In this document: piece after piece, positions 59,996-64,000 of the stretch
Layout of the letters: each line of letters begins with the position of its first letter
How positions within the stretch are numbered: position 1 is the first letter of the stretch
From: an uncultured Candidatus Rokubacteria bacterium
GTDB lineage: Bacteria > Methylomirabilota > Methylomirabilia > Rokubacteriales > CSP1-6
Assembly (NCBI GenBank): GCA_963754315.1
Contig: CAVWFS010000007.1
Coordinates: 320,001-384,000 of the forward strand
Direction: 5' to 3'
Length of the DNA stretch: 64,000 bases
Translations under genes and position numbers: made by a program
The notes under the pieces: generated by a model
Database searches by the model: none
Seen by the model: the letters and a program-made list of their open reading frames with translations, nothing else
What the model was told of the DNA's origin: nothing

Positions 59996-61742
59996 ATGCA
60001 GATGTTCGTGGCACCGTTCCGGCGACTGGCGCCGTACCTCAGGCCTCACCTGCCGACCCTCGCCCTGGGCGGGCTCTGCGCGGTGGTGGCGGGAGCCATG
60101 GAGGGTGCCATCGCATGGCTGGTCAAGCCGGCCATGGACGAGATCTTTGTCCGACGCGATCTCTTCATGCTCAAGCTGATCCCCTTCGCCGTGCTCGGTG
60201 CCTACGTGGTCAAAGGGGTGGGGACCTACTTGCAGTGGTACCTCATGGCCTCGGTGGGGCAGCGAGTGATCGCGCGACTGCGCCGCGATCTGTTCCTGCA
60301 CATCCAGGACATGCCCCTCGCCTTCTTCAGCGGGACCCATTCGGCCGAGCTCATGTCGCGCATGCTCAACGACGTCAGCCGGCTGGCGCGTCTGTCGTCG
60401 ACGGTGCTGGTCCAGCTGGTGCGCCACACGGGCACCGTGGTCGCCCTCCTCGTCGTGATGCTCATCCGAGAACCCGTGCTGACCATGGCCGCCCTCGTCA
60501 CCTTTCCCCTCATCGCCCTCGTGGTCCAGGTGGTCGGCCGCCGCCTCTATCGGATCAACAAGCGCGAGCAAGAGCAAGTGGCAGAGCTGGCCATCTTTCT
60601 CCAGGAGTCCTTCAGTGGGGCGAAGATCGTCAAGATCTTCGGGCGCGAACGCGAAGCCGCAGGGGCGGTTCGACGGGCTGAACGAGCGCCTGCTGCGTCT
60701 ATCCCTGAAGAACATCCGTACCGATCACATGACGCAACCCCTCCTGGAGATCGCCAGCGCGGTGGCCATCGTGGGCATCCTGTTCTACGGTGGGTATCAG
60801 GTCATCAGCGGCGCCCGGACGCCGGGGGTGTTCTTCTCGTTCATCGCGGCCGTGATCATGCTCTACGGTCCCGCCCGGCAACTGGCTCGCATGATCAACG
60901 CCATTCAGCAGACGACCGGTTCCGTGGAGCGGGTCTTCGAGATCCTCGACGCTCCTAGCGCGGTCCGAGACCAGCCCGGCGCTCACCCCTTGACCGGCTT
61001 TCACGAGAGCATTGCTTTTGAGGGGGTCACCTTTGAATACCCGGATGCCAAAGCGCCGGTCCTGCGTGATATCAACCTCACCATCGACCGGGGCGAGGTG
61101 GTGGCCTTCGTCGGGATGAGTGGCGCTGGCAAATCGACCTTGCTCGATCTGCTTCCGCGTTTCCATGACGTGAGCGCGGGCCGGATCGCCATCGACGGGC
61201 ACGATGTGCGCGAGATCACCCAGAGCTCGCTGCGAGCCCTCATGGGCGTGGTCACCCAGGAGACGTTCCTCTTCAGCGGCTCGATCCTCGACAACATCCG
61301 GTACGGTCGGCCCGATGCGACGCTCGCGGACGTGGTCGAGGCATCGCGGCTCGCCCATGCTCACGAGTTCGTCCAGGCCTGCCCGCAGGGCTACGAGACC
61401 TTGGTGGGTGAGCGTGGGGTCCGCCTGTCCGGAGGCCAGCGGCAGCGGGTCGCCATCGCGCGCGCCTTCCTGCGAAACCCGCCGATCCTCATTCTGGACG
61501 AGGCAACGTCGGACCTCGACGCCGAGAGCGAATTCATGATCCAGCAGGCGCTCCTCGACCTGATGAAGGGACGCACCGTGCTGGTCATCGCCCACCGTCT
61601 GGCAACGGTCCGCACGGCCGACCGCATCGTCGTGATCGACGACGGACGCATCGTCGAGGTCGGCCGCCATGACGAGCTCCTCGCGCGCCCCGGTGTCTAC
61701 CGCCGCTTTCACGCCCTTCAAATGGAGGGCGTGCGGACCTGA
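59996..61742 (+). CDS. MsbA-like ABC exporter (TMD+NBD); +1 frameshift near 60663
   Basis: Six-TM domain followed by GMSGAGKST, LSGGQRQR, ILDEATS and IAHRL. FGREREAAGRFDGLNE is restored by removing one G. Confidence 0.85.
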
Positions 61743-61744
61743 CC

Positions 61745-62512
61745 CTATCGCGGCGCGCTCGTCTTCGCCGCCATGGCCAGCGCGGAGGCGGCGATGGCCA
61801 GGGCGCGGCGCGCATCCTGGTCTAGCCCCGTCGTATCGCCTTCCCACAGGTCGAGGATCACCGCACCCTGGTCGGTGGCGATCCTGACACGCCCGCCCCC
61901 TGCCGGCAGCCGCAATCCTCGCTGTCCGAACTGGTGGCGGGTTTCTCCCGCCGCGAACAGCGTCTCGGCGTTCAGCTCGATCGTCGCCCGCGCGGATGGG
62001 TCGACGTCCCGCGGCGAACAGGCAAGCACGCGGTCGTTGCCGGAGCGCAAGACGAGCCGGGACAGGCCGAACGCCCGGCGCAATTCGTCCAGGGCCGTGT
62101 CGAGCGGCTGCCCCGCCGCGAGCGGCGCCACCACCCGCTGCAGGGCATCCAGGTCGTCCCGCGCCCGGCTGGCGGCTCGCGATGAGCGCTCGCGATGGGT
62201 GCCGAAGGCGGCCGCGATGAGACCACAGATCGCCATGGCAAAGAACGCCACGACGTCGTCGGTCTTCGACATGGTCAAGGTCAGGTACGGCTCGGTCAGG
62301 AAGAAGTTCAGGCTCATGGCCGAGACGACGGCCGACACGAGGGCCGCTGTACGTCCGCCGAATTCCGCCACGATGACCGTATAGGCGATGAAGACGAAGG
62401 CAAGGTTGGAAGCCGTGGTGAGCGTGCGCAGGGGGACGAGGAGGACGCCGATGGCGATCGCTCCCAGGATGCCGGCCGGAATCCAGAATCGGCTGCGGTC
62501 GTCAACGTCCAT
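61745..62512 (-). CDS. DUF4118 (KdpD-type TM) membrane protein with a short cytoplasmic domain, no kinase
   Basis: Four TM helices with SLNFFLTEPYLTL; no H-box or ATPase motifs. Confidence 0.75.
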   Translation of the reverse strand: MDVDDRSRFWIPAGILGAIAIGVLLVPLRTLTTASNLAFVFIAYTVIVAEFGGRTAALVSAVVSAMSLNFFLTEPYLTLTMSKTDDVVAFFAMAICGLIAAAFGTHRERSSRAASRARDDLDALQRVVAPLAAGQPLDTALDELRRAFGLSRLVLRSGNDRVLACSPRDVDPSARATIELNAETLFAAGETRHQFGQRGLRLPAGGGRVRIATDQGAVILDLWEGDTTGLDQDARRALAIAASALAMAAKTSAPR

Positions 62513-64000
62513 CGGTCCCCTCGTCGCGGAAGCGATTGACGATCGGAAGGCGCCAGTCGCGCCCGAAGGCGCGCGGGGTGATCTTGATGCCTACTGGCGA
62601 CTGGCGGCGCTTGTATTCGTTGCGATCGATCATGGCCACGACCCGGCGGACCACGTTGGGGTCCATTCCGCGCGCGGCGATGTCGGCGACGCTGCGGTCC
62701 TCTTCCACGTACGCCTCCATGACCGCGTCCAGCTCTGCGTACGGGGGGAGGGTGTCTTGATCGGTTTGGTCGGGCCTTAACTCGGCAGAGGGCGGCCGGG
62801 TGAGCACGCTCTCGGGAATGGTGGGACGGCGTGTCCGCGCGTTCAGCAGTCGCGCCAGCTCATAGACCAGCATCTTCGGCACGTCCTTGAGGACGGCAAA
62901 CCCCCCCGCCATGTCGCCGTACAGGGTCGTGTAGCCCACGCTGTACTCGCTCTTGTTGCCGGTGGTCAGGACCAGCCAGCCGAACTTGTTCGAGAGCGCC
63001 ATCAGGTAATTACCCCGGATCCGCGCCTGGAGGTTTTCCTCGGTGACATCGGCCGCCAGCCCCTTGAACGTCCCCGCCAGCGCACGCTGATACGCGCGGA
63101 GAACGGGCGTGATGGGGATGGTCACGAGGTCGATGCCGAGGTTGCGCGCCAGCACTCGGGCATCGTGCCGGGTGCCCCTCGAGGAGTAGGGAGAGGGCAT
63201 GGTGACCCCGGTCACGGCGTCGGATCCGAGGGCCTCGACCGCCACCGAGGCCACCAGTGAGGAGTCGACGCCGCCGGAAAGGCCGACGACGACATGCCGG
63301 AAGCCATTCTTGCCGACATAGTCTCGCGTGCCAACGACCAGCGCTTGCCACACTTCCTCTGCCCCGCTGGGGGAGGCAAGCTGACGTACCGGCAGCGCCG
63401 GTCGGTTTTCCGCGCGCGGCACGGGCGCCAGCGCGATCCGGGACACGGTCTCGGCCTCGCTTGGCGTCTCCTGGCGGCGGCGGGGATCGTGCAACCGGGC
63501 GCGAAAGACGTCGTCGAGGTCCAGATCGGCCACGACGAGGTCCTCCTCGAAGGCACGCCCGTGGGCCACCGTATCGCCCTGCTGGTCGACCACAAGACTC
63601 CTGCCGTCGAAGACCAGCTCGTCCTGGCCCCCGACCATGTTGACGAACGCAAGCGTCACCAGGCTATCGGCGGCCCTCGTGGTGACCATACGCTCGCGGA
63701 AAGCGGCCTTGCCGCGATGGAACGGCGAGCCGTTGATGGTGACGATCAGCTCGGCCCCGGCCAGGGCTTGCTGCGTGGTCGGACCGGCCGGGTACCAGAG
63801 ATCCTCACAGATGTTGACGCCGAAGCTGGCCTCTCCTGCGGTGAAGACGGAAAGCGGGCCGCCCGGCCGGAAGTAGCGGTTCTCGTCAAAGACCCCGTAG
63901 TTCGGAAGGAACCGCTTGTGGTGAATGCCGGCCAGCGATCCGTGGTGGAGCACAGCGGCGGCGTTGAAGATGTCGTCGTGCTTGTCGACGAAGCCAACAA
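62502..64000 (-). CDS. nadE: Glutamine-dependent NAD+ synthetase (5' end beyond the window)
   Basis: LPNYGVFDENRYF, NICEDLW, GLSGGVDS, ENLQARIRG, TGNKSE, PSAELRPDQ and NEYKRRQ. Confidence 0.93.
   Translation of the reverse strand, partial: VGFVDKHDDIFNAAAVLHHGSLAGIHHKRFLPNYGVFDENRYFRPGGPLSVFTAGEASFGVNICEDLWYPAGPTTQQALAGAELIVTINGSPFHRGKAAFRERMVTTRAADSLVTLAFVNMVGGQDELVFDGRSLVVDQQGDTVAHGRAFEEDLVVADLDLDDVFRARLHDPRRRQETPSEAETVSRIALAPVPRAENRPALPVRQLASPSGAEEVWQALVVGTRDYVGKNGFRHVVVGLSGGVDSSLVASVAVEALGSDAVTGVTMPSPYSSRGTRHDARVLARNLGIDLVTIPITPVLRAYQRALAGTFKGLAADVTEENLQARIRGNYLMALSNKFGWLVLTTGNKSEYSVGYTTLYGDMAGGFAVLKDVPKMLVYELARLLNARTRRPTIPESVLTRPPSAELRPDQTDQDTLPPYAELDAVMEAYVEEDRSVADIAARGMDPNVVRRVVAMIDRNEYKRRQSPVGIKITPRAFGRDWRLPIVNRFRDEGTDGR

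Noticed and set aside
4034..61742. Programmed ribosomal frameshifting or true pseudogenes at the six split genes
   Set aside because: No slippery heptamers, unrelated gene families and a uniform +1 pattern favour sequencing error.

Overview
A high-GC, gene-dense bacterial chromosomal window. The gene content (Tat-exported Liv-type ABC system, Cox-like molybdoenzymes, hydantoinase/oxoprolinase pair, GC-rich intergenic palindromes) is reminiscent of Rokubacteria/Methylomirabilota, but that is an inference. About 55 CDS are supportable, covering: sugar-acid catabolism; branched-chain amino acid-type ABC transport; a Zn-ADH with a CoxM/CoxS-L molybdoenzyme; tdh-kbl threonine catabolism; a trehalose/osmolyte operon; an acetone-carboxylase-like pair; a VapBC toxin-antitoxin pair; and a cell-envelope region (carbamoyltransferase, GT4, AsnB-like, MsbA-like) ending in nadE. 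Six genes are split by single +1 insertions, most likely long-read errors. The main findings are: (1) a compact ACP / LpxL-type acyltransferase / stand-alone MupA-type flavin monooxygenase / FabF / ABM cluster that may build and transfer an oxygenated acyl chain to a lipid; (2) a DsbA-family gene split by the ORF track, whose in-frame TGA sits at the first Cys of the CxxC motif (UPFC) with a SECIS-like hairpin, i.e. a probable selenoprotein, upstream of a Cys-rich secreted protein; (3) a family of two-hairpin REP-like elements at three loci; (4) repeated leaderless-type promoters; (5) apparently degenerate TreT and GT2 enzymes in the trehalose operon; and (6) a decayed integrative element whose serine recombinase is frameshifted by a 19-bp triplication. 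No rRNA, tRNA or CRISPR array was seen.
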